This document shows, piece by piece, positions 32,488 through 42,982 of a stretch of DNA of 64,000 nucleotides (position 1 is its first letter; every line of letters begins with the position of its first letter). Below the pieces are notes generated by a model, which saw only the letters and a list, made by a program, of their open reading frames with translations, was not told the origin of the DNA and made no database searches. A program made the position numbers and the translations under genes. This DNA is from Escherichia coli. Its GTDB lineage: Bacteria > Pseudomonadota > Gammaproteobacteria > Enterobacterales > Enterobacteriaceae. The DNA lies in the NCBI RefSeq assembly GCF_003334255.1, contig NZ_QOWU01000009.1. One strand, given 5' to 3'.

Positions 32488-33822
32488 TTAATGTGCGTTA
32501 GACGCGGTGTGGTTATCCATTGAGTGGCTCTGGCGCTCGTGCATTTTGCGAGCGTAGAACATCAGGATAATCAGGCTGACGATGAAGGTACCTGCCAGCT
32601 CGAAGGAGCTTGCGCCCATCAGCGCGATGAAGCAGAACACGCAACCCAGTACAGAGCAGATCAGGCTGACAAAGTTGCGGATGTTAACGCCTTCAAAACG
32701 AATCAGGTCAACGCAAGAGTAGAAATACGGCAGCATAGTCAGCAGTACTGCGATACCGGTCAGTTCACCGAACAGGTCAGATGCTTTACCACCGGCAGAG
32801 TTCATCAGAGTGATAAGGATCATCAGGGCAGTCATTTTCACTGCAGCCAGCAGCAGACCTTTTTTCGGAATACCGTTGCTGTCGACTTCACCATAAACTT
32901 TCGGGAAGTTACCGTCGTTAGCGGCACGTACACCTGCCTGGCCTACCAACATCATCCAGGAGCCCAGAGAAGTCAGGCACGCAAAGGCGGTGAATGCAGA
33001 AACCAGCGGCGCAGCCCAGTTACCGAGGATAGTTGAAGCACTGATTGCAAACGGAGCACCGGAAGCCGCCATTACAGAAGACGGATACATACCGGAAAGC
33101 ACCTGAGTCGCAGCGATGTAAACAATACCTGCTAAACCAGTACCCAGCATGGTTGCCAGCGGAACGGTACGTTTCGGGTTTTTAACCATACCAGTACTTA
33201 CAGCTGCGGATTCAACACCCACGAAGGCCCACAGGCAGAGCAGAATACTTTTAATGATCGCATGACCATCAGTGGTATCCGCAGTATTCCAGTTAGCTGC
33301 ATAAGTTGCTGCATCAAACCAATGCCAGCCAACAATAGCAGTCATCACCACAGGAATAAGAACCAGCACCAGACCAATAGTGGTTAAACGGCTTACCCAA
33401 GTACCGCCGAGCATATTTACAAAGGTAAATACCCAGACGATAGCAATACAGGCGATACCCGCCGGAACAGGATCATTTAATACTGGGAAGAAGGTGGAAA
33501 GATAAGATACAGCGGTAATACCAATCGCCAGGTTACCAATCCAGTTAGCATGGTAATAAAGAACACCTGTCTGAAAACCAAATGCAGGGGAAATTTCTCC
33601 GGCATAAGCAATTGGGCCACCTTGTTGCGGGTTTTTTGTTGCCAGTCGGGCATATACATACGCCAGCGACATTGCACCAATAATAGAGATAATCCAACCC
33701 CAGATAGCAATACCACCGATACTTGCTAGGTTCGCAGGTAATAATGCAATACCGCTCCCCATCATATTACCGGCAACAACACCGGTACAGGCAAATAGCC
33801 CGATCTTCTTGGCAGAACTCAT
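32488..33822 (-). CDS. cadB: Lysine:cadaverine antiporter CadB (444 aa)
   Basis: 444-aa APC transporter paralogous to AdiC. Confidence 0.95.
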   Translation of the reverse strand: MSSAKKIGLFACTGVVAGNMMGSGIALLPANLASIGGIAIWGWIISIIGAMSLAYVYARLATKNPQQGGPIAYAGEISPAFGFQTGVLYYHANWIGNLAIGITAVSYLSTFFPVLNDPVPAGIACIAIVWVFTFVNMLGGTWVSRLTTIGLVLVLIPVVMTAIVGWHWFDAATYAANWNTADTTDGHAIIKSILLCLWAFVGVESAAVSTGMVKNPKRTVPLATMLGTGLAGIVYIAATQVLSGMYPSSVMAASGAPFAISASTILGNWAAPLVSAFTAFACLTSLGSWMMLVGQAGVRAANDGNFPKVYGEVDSNGIPKKGLLLAAVKMTALMILITLMNSAGGKASDLFGELTGIAVLLTMLPYFYSCVDLIRFEGVNIRNFVSLICSVLGCVFCFIALMGASSFELAGTFIVSLIILMFYARKMHERQSHSMDNHTASNAH

Positions 33823-34027
33823 GCTCTTCTCCTAATTTCATTTTTGAATTTGGAGTCCGGGTCATGATGTATAACTATTTCCTGACCAGACCAAACTGGC
33901 GATAAGATTACTCACGAAAAAAGGATTAATCCTAAAGATTAGGTGAAATAACACAAAAGTTTCTGTAAGTGAGAACTTGAGGTTTTTTATTAACACATCA
34001 GGATCGCAAGTTGATATCATGAAAAGA

Positions 34028-34044
34028 TAAACATTTAATGTTTA
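34028..34044. promoter_or_regulatory. AT-rich perfect palindrome in the cadBA promoter region (candidate CadC or H-NS site)
   Basis: taaacatt-t-aatgttta, about 205 bp upstream of the cadB ATG; assignment to CadC is not verified. Confidence 0.3.
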
Positions 34045-34081
34045 CAATGGATTGCGTGACATTCTCTGGTTAAATTTATGT

Positions 34082-34112
34082 AATAAAAATTATGCGGCAA
34101 ATAAATTGCCGC
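34082..34112 (-). terminator. Intrinsic terminator of cadC
   Basis: Hairpin gcggcaa-ataaa-ttgccgc (34094-34112) followed on the minus strand by ataatttttatt. Confidence 0.65.
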
Positions 34113-34186
34113 AACATATTATACCAACAGGAACATACAAAAACTCAACAACAAATATTTCCGAGCATAAATCAACCCGGAGTTAC

Positions 34187-35725
34187 TTATTCTGAAGCAA
34201 GAAATTTGTCGAGATAAGGTACAACATAAGGAACAGAAGTCTGGAATATACCATTTTCAATCCAGTAAAGGGTGTTTGCCCCTGGGCGTAAATTAAAGGC
34301 GGTGAGATATGCATCAGCTGCTTCCCGGTTCATCCCCTTCATTTCATAAACCTTGCCAAGCAACACATAATTTAGCCAGGACATTTCAAGATCAATGCCA
34401 GTATTTATCGCCTGGTAAGACTCATCTGTTTTACCTTTTACCAGAGCACTGACCGCTTTTATTTGATATATAATGGACAGGTTGTTCAATTCCGGCAGTG
34501 TAACAATGTTATCTATTTCTGTGTTCAGTGCTGCTAATTGTTTTTCATCTAAAGGATGTTGAGAATGGCGCACGATATCAACTAATGCTTTTTCTGCTCT
34601 CGCGTAGGTAAATTCTGGGGATGATTGAACAATCTCACCTAATAATTCACTGGCACGGTTCAATGATTTATCATCGCCATGCAGTAAATAATCATGTGCC
34701 TGATAAAAATTAGTTAATAACGCACCACGATGCGGCAAAATTTTCTGGAGCGTCTCCTGCATTCGTTGTGGCCACGGTTGGTTTAACGCTTTTGATAAAC
34801 TCTCCAGTAAATCATTTTGAATCGCCAGCTGATTACCGTTAGTGATGACATAACGTTTATCCAGCATGGTTGAACCATCTGCATTGTCTACCAATTTTAT
34901 CGACATAAAGCATTGTTGAGCACGGTATTGGCGCTGATTAACAAACGCAATAGATAATGTTTTACCGGAACTGCTCGGTTCATCAATGTTGTAGTTGATT
35001 TTGTCATGCACCATAAAGGTGGAGAAGGTGTTAAGTGATGTCGCCACCAAATCACCCACGCCTATCGCGTAAGAGAGCTGATACGGGGAACTCCAGCTGT
35101 TACAACTTTTATTTACCATATTAATGTCAATATCGCGTGGATTGAGCAAAATACGCGATTTGCTCATAGGAAGACGTGTATCAAGACTTGAAAACGCTAC
35201 CAGTGCTACACAGATACCTAACGACAACAGGAAAAAAAACCATACCCAAAAGGTAGTGAATCGTTTGCTTTTAACTGGGGATTGTTCAGGTGGCGTTGCG
35301 GTGTTTTGAATGTTAAGACTGTGGGAGGGAGAATCTGTGGCAGGAACCGCCTCTGGTATAGGGGGAGGCGAAGATAGCATTATTTCCTCTCCCTCTTCTT
35401 CGCTGTACCAGATAACCGGCACCATTAATTTATAGCCGCGCTTTGGTACAGTAGCGATATAGACAGGACTATCTTCATCATTATCTTTTAATGACTTACG
35501 TAGTTCTGAGATACTCTGCGTCACAACGTGATTGGTGACAATACTTCTCTTCCAGACATTATCGATAAGTTCATCCCTGCTAAGTACTTCGCCACTGTGT
35601 TGAGCAAAGAAAACCAGAAGATCGATTAATCTCGGCTCAAGGGTAAGTTGACGCCCATTGCGGCTAATTTGGTTTATGGACGGAGTAACAAGCCATTCGC
35701 CAACGCGAACTACAGGTTGTTGCAT
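34187..35725 (-). CDS. cadC: Membrane-integrated pH-sensing activator CadC (512 aa)
   Basis: N-terminal winged-helix OmpR-like DNA-binding domain, single TM (FWVWFFFLLSLGICVALVAF), periplasmic sensor domain. Confidence 0.95.
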   Translation of the reverse strand: MQQPVVRVGEWLVTPSINQISRNGRQLTLEPRLIDLLVFFAQHSGEVLSRDELIDNVWKRSIVTNHVVTQSISELRKSLKDNDEDSPVYIATVPKRGYKLMVPVIWYSEEEGEEIMLSSPPPIPEAVPATDSPSHSLNIQNTATPPEQSPVKSKRFTTFWVWFFFLLSLGICVALVAFSSLDTRLPMSKSRILLNPRDIDINMVNKSCNSWSSPYQLSYAIGVGDLVATSLNTFSTFMVHDKINYNIDEPSSSGKTLSIAFVNQRQYRAQQCFMSIKLVDNADGSTMLDKRYVITNGNQLAIQNDLLESLSKALNQPWPQRMQETLQKILPHRGALLTNFYQAHDYLLHGDDKSLNRASELLGEIVQSSPEFTYARAEKALVDIVRHSQHPLDEKQLAALNTEIDNIVTLPELNNLSIIYQIKAVSALVKGKTDESYQAINTGIDLEMSWLNYVLLGKVYEMKGMNREAADAYLTAFNLRPGANTLYWIENGIFQTSVPYVVPYLDKFLASE

Positions 35726-36011
35726 AATAGAAACTCATTCGAAAAGGGAATGATGCAATGATAATTGCCACAACCTATTTTTACCATCTATAGATGGGTT
35801 TATTTACATATTATTGGTGAATGCAAGACGTTATTTTTACCAGCCATAAACTTCTTGATTACATAGTATTACGAAAGGATTTTACTGAGAACCAGAAGTA
35901 ATATTCCTTACCATCAAAATTCATCATCTTTGCCAAAGAAAAATGTTCAGAAAATAATCCATGGAAAATTGTCCGGAGCACTTACTATTTTAATGGATTG
36001 TTAGTCTTTGC

Positions 36012-36335
36012 ATGAGCAAGCGAACTGATACATTTCTCTTTGTTCTCATTCAGAAAATCTCATCAGTCGCCGTTCAGACCGGTGTTGTGCTTTATGGATG
36101 CGTTACGCTCCTGATGACGTCATTTGACGTTCAACAGCATCACGGGGCCGCACGACATTTCACGTCAGTTAGTGCTATAGCTCAGGAACAAATTTTCCCG
36201 AATTGGGATATGCCCGCAAATTGCTGGTGATGTGGGGAGAATCTGGTTGAGTTCGGTAGAATTGATTTGGAGGCAGAACGCTTAAATCGTGGCGTCCTGA
36301 AACGAAAAACGGACCTCCGTGGAGGTCCGTTTATA
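36012..36335 (+). pseudogene. Degenerate C-terminal fragment of a P4-family tyrosine integrase, next to pheU
   Basis: 72-aa ORF plus out-of-frame continuation; HGAARHFTSVSAIAQE...FP..D resembles the integrase HGLRS.AST...E.GFP.D box and CGENLVEFGRIDLEAERL resembles the region just after the catalytic Tyr, with the Tyr not conserved; alignment made from memory. Confidence 0.45.
36301..36329 (-). terminator. Intrinsic terminator of pheU
   Basis: Hairpin cggacctcc-gt-ggaggtccg (36310-36329) followed on the minus strand by tttttcgtt, 13 nt after the tRNA 3-prime end. Confidence 0.8.
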
Positions 36336-36341
36336 TGAATT

Positions 36342-36417
36342 TGGTGCCCGGACTCGGAATCGAACCAAGGACACGGGGATTTTCAATCCCCTGCTCTACC
36401 GACTGAGCTATCCGGGC
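36342..36417 (-). tRNA. pheU: tRNA-Phe (anticodon GAA)
   Basis: Reverse complement reads GCCCGGATAGCTCAGTCGGTAGAGCAGGGGATTGAAAATCCCCGTGTCCTTGGTTCGATTCCGAGTCCGGGCACCA: 76 nt, cloverleaf, encoded CCA. Confidence 0.97.
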
Positions 36418-36523
36418 AACGGGGCGCATTAAACCGTAATCTGCACATCTCGTCAACCTAATTTCAGTAAAAGCGATTCAACTGCTTAAGATTGCGGCAA
36501 ATCGCTTCTTTTCTGTGTTTCTG

Positions 36524-37099
36524 TCAGGTCAATGCACCACCCTGGCGGCAGCGGGCGAAGCGCAGGATATCTTCCGCCAGCCGATGTGCAGTGTCGACAT
36601 CCGCCTGGCTACGATTCACCAGCATTCGGCTTAAACAGCCTTCCAGCACCAGTTCCATCTGCTTTGCTACCATCGCCGGATCGTCAACTTCCAGTGTGGT
36701 TAACAGTTCGTGGGTGAAATCGTAGGCCGCGCTTTTTTGCTGATCGGCCAGTTGATGAATAGGGTGGCCAGGATCGGGATAAAACGTACAGGCAGCGATA
36801 AATAGACAGCCCGGATAGCGGTTGTTTTTAACGCACTCCGATAACGCCTGATAACGTGCCAGCAGCTTTTGTTCGGCGGTTTGCGTTTCGTCCAGCATCA
36901 GCTGACGACGCCAGACATCTATCTGTTGGCTAAGATAACGCAGCGCATCGTAGAGGATTGCCTCTTTGTCTGGCCAGAAGCGGCGTAGCTCGTCCAGTGG
37001 ATAATCCACACGTTCAGCAACCATCTCCAGCGTGGTGTTGGCAATCCCTTGTAATTCTAATAATTTCAGGGCTTCTCCCAGTACATCTTCACGTTGCAC
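36524..37099 (-). CDS. yjdC: TetR-family regulator YjdC (191 aa)
   Basis: GTG at 37097-37099 preceded by GGAGG ([31 protein letters not shown], TetR HTH); track ORF is 8 codons longer from an upstream GTG lacking a Shine-Dalgarno. Confidence 0.8.
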
Positions 37100-37135
37100 G
37101 CTATTTTCCTCCGTCTTTCCCACTGCAAGTGTCGT

Positions 37136-38833
37136 TCACGGTTGGCGATCGCGCAAATGTGCGCTGAAGGTTTCAGCATCCATAAAGCCCGTGACGCGTG
37201 CTTGTGGATGCTCCTGGCCTTGTCCGTCAAAAAAGAGAATTGTCGGTAGGCCAAGGACATTAAGATGCTTTAACAGCGCCACATCTTGTGCGTCGTTGGC
37301 CGTGACGTTGGCCTGAAGTAAGACCGTGTCTGCTAACGCTTTTTGCACCTGCGGGTCGCTGAAGGTGTATTTCTCAAACTCTTTACAGGCGACGCACCAG
37401 TCGGCATAAAGATCTAACATCACCGGTTTGCCTTTGGCTTCAACGAGCGCCTGATTTAACTCATCTACCGTTTTGATTTGTGTAAAGTTGAGATGCGTCT
37501 GAGTTTGCGCGGTATGCGTCGCACCAAATGCCCAATCCTGAAGTGGGCGCACGCTAACCAATGCCGCTGCCAGCAGAATAATTTGCACAATACGCATCCA
37601 GCCGCGTTTAGCCTGTAGGCTGGTGATAAAGGCCCAGCCAAAGAATGCGACACCCAGCGCCGACCACAAGCGTAATCCCCATACATCACCAATCACTCGC
37701 TCCAGCAGGAAGACCGGCAGTGCGAGGATCACAAAACCAAACGCGGTTTTGACTTGTTCCATCCACGGGCCGCTTTTCGGCAGCAAGCGGTTACCAAAGA
37801 CGGTAATTAGCATCAGCGGCAGGCCCATGCCCAACGCATAGAGATAAAGCGTGCCGCCGCCCAGCCACATGTTCCCGCTTTGGGCGATATACAGCAGAAT
37901 CGCGCTAAGCGGTGCGGTGGTGCATGGTGAACAGATCAGTCCGGCAATCGCCCCCATAACAAACACACCGCCAGGTGAGCCGCCCTGTTGGCGATTGCTC
38001 ATCAACGTGAGACGTGTTTGCAGCGAAGAGGGGAGTTGCAGGGTAAACAAGCCAAACATTGACATCGCCAGCAAGGTAAAGACGATGGCGAGGCCAATGA
38101 GCACGTATGGGTGCTGTAGCGCCGCCTGGAACTGTAACCCTGCGGCGGCAACCACCAGACCCAGCGCCGTGTAGGTCAGCGCCATCCCCTGCACATAAAT
38201 AAAGGTCAGCAACAATGCTCTGGCAGTGGAGAGCCGCTGTTTACCACCCAGCACGATGCCAGAAATCAGTGGGTACATTGGCAGCACGCATGGCGTAAAG
38301 GCGATACCAATACCGATCAACAACGCCCAGAGCGCGGAAAAGGGCAATTGCGCGGTGGGCTGCTCTTGCTGCGGAACAGACACAGGCTGTGGCGCTGCGT
38401 TGTTGGCGACCACTTCGCTTAACGGAACGGTTTTGGTTTCTGGCGGATAACAGAAACCGGCATCAGCACAGCCCTGGTAGGTGACAGTTAACGTCGCTCC
38501 CGCACTCGCCTGGTTGATGGTGACGGGAAGCGTCAGCCGATCGCGGTAAATCTCGCTTTTGCCGTAAAACTCATCTTCATGCCAGACGCCTTGCGGCAGC
38601 TGCACGTCGGCAATTTTCGCGTGTTCCGGCGTAATGCGGATCTGTTTACGGTAGAGGTAGTAACCGTCTTTGATCTGCCAGGTCAGATTAAGGTCATGTT
38701 GGTTTTGCTGAAAATCAAAAGCAAAGGCTTGATCCGCGGGGACAAATTGTGAACGTCCCGGCGCGTCGAATAATCCGGCAAAAACGGAAGTGCTGCAAAG
38801 TAGCAGGATCAGCGTAAAGATGCGTTGAGCCAT
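37136..38833 (-). CDS. dsbD: Thiol:disulfide interchange protein DsbD/DipZ (565 aa)
   Basis: Internal ATG of 592-aa track ORF ([19 protein letters not shown] signal peptide); membrane core CVLPMY...CSPC and C-terminal thioredoxin CVAC motif. Confidence 0.93.
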
Positions 38834-39147
38834 GAGAGGTAATCTGTGTCTCCGTGTGTAACAGGTAAAACCAGAAGTTCCGGGGTTTGATATGGATGAT
38901 GAGACTTCAGGCATTCCAGCAGTGCCTGCTGGTGAGATACGGTAGTTTTTAAAATCATCTGCACTTCGTATTCTTGCTCCAGCTTACCTTCCCAGTAATA
39001 GAGAGAGGTAGCGCCGGGGATCAAGGTCGCGCAGGCCGCCAGTTTTTCCGCCAGCACTTTGGCGGCTAAATCCTGGGCTGTCGCTTCATCTGGTGCCGTA
39101 CATAGCACCACGACAGACGCGGTATTCGAACTTTTTTCATCAAGCAT
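38809..39147 (-). CDS. cutA: Divalent-cation tolerance protein CutA (112 aa)
   Basis: ATG (cat 39145-39147) giving [21 protein letters not shown]; 3-prime end overlaps the dsbD start by 25 bp. Confidence 0.9.
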
Positions 39148-39221
39148 AAACACCTCGCAAGAACAGATGGAACCGCAAGAGAGAGGTCACTATACAACGG
39201 ACGGGGGAAGGATGTTAGTCG

Positions 39222-39253
39222 GCGGGAAAGAAAGCGGGGCGTGAACGCCCCGC
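39222..39253 (-). terminator. Intrinsic terminator of dcuA
   Basis: Hairpin gcggggcg-tgaa-cgccccgc (39234-39253) followed on the minus strand by tttctttcc. Confidence 0.65.
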
Positions 39254-39262
39254 GATTGATCA

Positions 39263-40564
39263 TTACAGCATGAAGCTACCCAGCACGAAGCCGAAGCAAA
39301 CGGCCAGGGCAACACCCAGAGTACCCGGGATGAAGAACGGATGGTTGAAGACGAATTTACCGATACGGGTAGTACCCGTGTCATCCATCTGTACCGCAGC
39401 AACCAGCGTCGGGTAGGTCGGCAGAATGAACAGACCAGACACCGCAGCGAAAGAAGCAACAGCGGTCAGCGGTGAAACGTTCAGTGCCAGAGCCATCGGC
39501 ATCAGTGCTTTTGCGGTTGCAGCCTGAGAGTACAGCAGAGCAGAAGCAAAGAAGAAGATGACGGCCAGCAGCCACGGATGACCCTGAATCACTTCACCAG
39601 CGGTATCTTTGATCCAGTCGATGTTGTTGGAAACGAAAGTATCGCCCAGCCACGCAACACCCAGGATACAAATACAGGCGCTCATACCTGCTTTGAAGGT
39701 GCTGGAGTTGAGGATGTTGTCGGTATCGACTTTACAGATAACGGTGGTCAGAGTTGCAACGCTGAGCATGATGATCAGGATTGCGTTGGTGGTGTTCATC
39801 AGCGGTTTTTCAACCAGACCCATGCTTGGGCTGTTGATGATTGCATAGATAACCACGCCAACTACGCCCAGCAGGAACAGCCAGACGGACGTTTTTGCAC
39901 CGGATTTGATTTCAATCTGCTTTTCACCGCGCAGTTCAACCAGGCCCTCTTCCAGACGCTTGCGATAAATCGGATCGTCAGAGAGTTTGGAGTTGAACAG
40001 CATAGTGACCAGGAAGGACATCACCAGAACCGCCAGCAGGGTGGACGGGATGACCACGGAGAGCAGATGGAGGTAGCTGATACCATGACCTTCCATCACG
40101 GAAGACATGTAAACCACTGCCGCTGAGATTGGCGATGCGGTGATCGCAATCTGCGCGGATACCACTGCAGTAGACAGCGGACGGCAAGGTTTAACGCCTT
40201 GTTCCTTCGCAACTTCAGCGATAACTGGCAGTGTCGCCAGAGAGATGTTGCCAGTACCAGCAAAGATAGTCAGGAAATAGGTCACGATCGGTGCGAGGAT
40301 CGTGATGTATTTCGGGTTACGGCGCAGCAGCTTTTCTGTCTGATGAACCAGATAGTCCAGACCGCCAGCAACCTGCATGGCAGAAATAGCGGCGATAACC
40401 GCCATGATAATGGAGATGACATCGAACGGGATGTTACCGGGTTTAACGCCAATAGCGGCAAGAACCAGCACCCCCAATCCGCCTGCAAAACCAATACCTA
40501 TTCCCCCCAATCTGGCGCCCAAGAAGATCGCCAGCAAAACTATGATGAGTTCTACAACTAGCAT
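39263..40564 (-). CDS. dcuA: C4-dicarboxylate transporter DcuA (433 aa)
   Basis: 433-aa membrane ORF paralogous to DcuB, downstream of aspA. Confidence 0.95.
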   Translation of the reverse strand: MLVVELIIVLLAIFLGARLGGIGIGFAGGLGVLVLAAIGVKPGNIPFDVISIIMAVIAAISAMQVAGGLDYLVHQTEKLLRRNPKYITILAPIVTYFLTIFAGTGNISLATLPVIAEVAKEQGVKPCRPLSTAVVSAQIAITASPISAAVVYMSSVMEGHGISYLHLLSVVIPSTLLAVLVMSFLVTMLFNSKLSDDPIYRKRLEEGLVELRGEKQIEIKSGAKTSVWLFLLGVVGVVIYAIINSPSMGLVEKPLMNTTNAILIIMLSVATLTTVICKVDTDNILNSSTFKAGMSACICILGVAWLGDTFVSNNIDWIKDTAGEVIQGHPWLLAVIFFFASALLYSQAATAKALMPMALALNVSPLTAVASFAAVSGLFILPTYPTLVAAVQMDDTGTTRIGKFVFNHPFFIPGTLGVALAVCFGFVLGSFML

Positions 40565-40627
40565 ATTAGCCTTCCTTGTTTTTTAACAAGTTGATATTAG
40601 ATTGTTATTTTTAAGTTACTGCTCACA

Positions 40628-40662
40628 AGAAAAAAGGCACGTCATCTGACGTGCCTTTTTTA
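40628..40662 (-). terminator. Hairpin terminator downstream of aspA (bidirectional)
   Basis: 11-bp stem aaggcacgtca-tc-tgacgtgcctt with A6 run before and T run after. Confidence 0.7.
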
Positions 40663-40681
40663 TTTGTACTACCCTGTACGA

Positions 40682-42118
40682 TTACTGTTCGCTTTCATCA
40701 GTATAGCGTTTTGCTTTGTAAGCCGGGTGCATCAGATTCTGTACGGAGAAAATATCGTCAAGTTCCGCTTCAGTCAACAGACCGCGTTCCAGAACGACTT
40801 CACGTACACTCTTACCGGTTTCGGCACAGATTTTACCCACGATGTCACCGTTGTGGTGACCGATGAACGGGTTCAGGTAAGTAACGATACCGATAGAGTT
40901 GTAAACGTAACCTTCGCACACTTCTTTGTTAGCAGTGATGCCGTTAATGCATTTTTCCAGCAGGTTGTAGCAAGCGTTGGTCAGAATGTGAACGGATTCG
41001 AACATGGCCTGGCCAATGACCGGCTCCATAACGTTCAACTGCAGCTGACCTGCTTCTGCTGCCATGGTAACAGTGGTGTCGTTACCGATGACTTTGAAGC
41101 ATACCTGGTTAACCACTTCCGGAACAACCGGGTTTACTTTAGCTGGCATGATGGAAGAGCCCGCCTGCAGTTCCGGCAGGTTGATCTCGTTCAGGCCGGC
41201 ACGTGGGCCTGAAGAGAGCAAGCGCAGGTCGTTACAGATTTTGGACATCTTCACAGCCAGGCGTTTCAGCGCGCCGTGAACCATAACATAAGCGCCGCAG
41301 TCAGAGGTCGCTTCGATCAGGTCTTCAGCCGGTACGCATGGGAAGCCAGTAACTTCAGCCAGTTTTTTCACTGCCAGCGGAGAGTACTCTTTCGGCGTGT
41401 TCAGACCAGTACCGATTGCTGTTGCACCAAGGTTAACTTCCAGCAGCAGTTCAGCGGTACGTTGGATGTTTTTCACTTCTTCTTTCAGCAGGATGCTGAA
41501 AGCGCGGAATTCCTGACCGAGGGTCATCGGTACTGCGTCCTGCAGCTGGGTACGACCCATTTTCAGGATGTCCTGGAATTCGACAGCTTTACGTTCAAAG
41601 CCTTCACGCAGTTGGTTAATCGCATCTACCAGCTTAATCAGGGAAGAGTAAACTGCGATACGGAAACCGGTCGGGTAGGCGTCGTTAGTGGACTGACATT
41701 TGTTAACATGGTCGTTCGGGTTCAGGTACTGATATTCACCTTTTTGGTGACCCATCAGTTCCAGACCGATATTGGCCAGCACTTCGTTGGTGTTCATGTT
41801 TACGGAAGTACCTGCGCCGCCCTGGTAGACGTCTACCGGGAACTGATCCATGCATTTTCCGTTGTTCAGGACTTCATCACATGCGGCAATGATGGCATTC
41901 GCTACACTTTTAGGAATGGTTTGCAGCTCTTTGTTTGCCATAGCTGCGGCTTTTTTAACCATTACCATACCGCGAACAAATTCAGGAATATCACTGATTT
42001 TGTTGTTGCTGATATAGAAGTTTTCAATCGCTCTCAGAGTGTGAACACCATAGTAGGCATCAGCTGGAACTTCCCTGGTACCCAACAGATCTTCTTCGAT
42101 ACGAATGTTGTTTGACAT
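40682..42118 (-). CDS. aspA: Aspartate ammonia-lyase AspA (478 aa)
   Basis: Internal ATG of 493-aa track ORF ([24 protein letters not shown]); fumarase/aspartase signature [10 protein letters not shown]. Confidence 0.95.
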
Positions 42119-42305
42119 GTGAACCTTCTTTTTCAAGCTGCCAATGATTTGCTTTAAACACACAGAATATATGTGGTTTCGAATGTTTTTCGACCGACGA
42201 TTATCCCCTGCATCGACCGAATACCCGAGATCATATGCTGCTTGAGGATTTCTACCGTAATCTGGATCACTTTAAGTGTCGGTTTTTACCCCTTAATTAT
42301 TAATT

Positions 42306-42321
42306 TGTGAAATAGATCACC
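42306..42321 (-). promoter_or_regulatory. CRP-like site in the aspA upstream region
   Basis: tgtga-aataga-tcacc against consensus TGTGA-N6-TCACA, about 190 bp upstream of the aspA ATG. Confidence 0.4.
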
Positions 42322-42454
42322 GCTTTGGGATTACTACCAAAAATAGTTGCGCAAACATCTTGAAATTTTGCTAATGACCACAATATAAGCTAAACGCGAT
42401 TCGCAACCCATTCAGGTAGCCGGGGTTAACCGGCTGCTATTACAGGAGAAACCT

Positions 42455-42931
42455 TTGCGCTGGTTACCTTTTATTGCCATTTTCCTTTATGTCTATATTG
42501 AGATTTCAATCTTTATTCAGGTTGCCCATGTATTGGGGGTATTGCTGACCCTCGTGCTGGTTATATTCACGTCAGTTATCGGTATGTCACTGGTACGTAA
42601 CCAGGGCTTTAAGAATTTCGTGCTGATGCAGCAAAAAATGGCGGCGGGTGAAAACCCAGCGGCGGAGATGATTAAAAGTGTTTCGCTGATCATTGCTGGT
42701 TTGCTGCTTTTATTACCGGGCTTTTTTACCGACTTCCTCGGTCTTCTACTTTTATTGCCGCCGGTGCAAAAGCATCTGACAGTGAAGTTGATGCCGCATT
42801 TGCGCTTTTCTCGCATGCCTGGCGGCGGTTTTAGCGCCGGGACCGGTGGCGGTAATACTTTTGATGGTGAGTACCAGCGAAAGGATGATGAGCGCGACCG
42901 CCTTGATCATAAAGACGATCGCCAGGATTAA
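42455..42931 (+). CDS. fxsA: Inner-membrane protein FxsA (158 aa)
   Basis: 158-aa ORF with hydrophobic N-terminal half and charged acidic C-terminus. Confidence 0.9.
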   Translation: MRWLPFIAIFLYVYIEISIFIQVAHVLGVLLTLVLVIFTSVIGMSLVRNQGFKNFVLMQQKMAAGENPAAEMIKSVSLIIAGLLLLLPGFFTDFLGLLLLLPPVQKHLTVKLMPHLRFSRMPGGGFSAGTGGGNTFDGEYQRKDDERDRLDHKDDRQD

Positions 42932-42936
42932 TGTCG

Positions 42937-42982
42937 AAACGCCGGATTATGTGGTTATGCCATTTTCCGGCGTTTTTCGTTT
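42937..42982 (+). terminator. Terminator hairpin between convergent fxsA and yjeH
   Basis: aaacgccgga (42937-42946) pairs with tccggcgttt (42966-42975) around a 19-nt loop, then tttcgtttt. Confidence 0.5.

Noticed and set aside
36012-36230. 72-aa ORF as a functional gene
   Set aside because: No Shine-Dalgarno and the integrase-like similarity continues out of frame past the stop; treated as a pseudogene fragment
41276-42115. 279-aa ORF on the plus strand
   Set aside because: Antisense shadow ORF inside aspA
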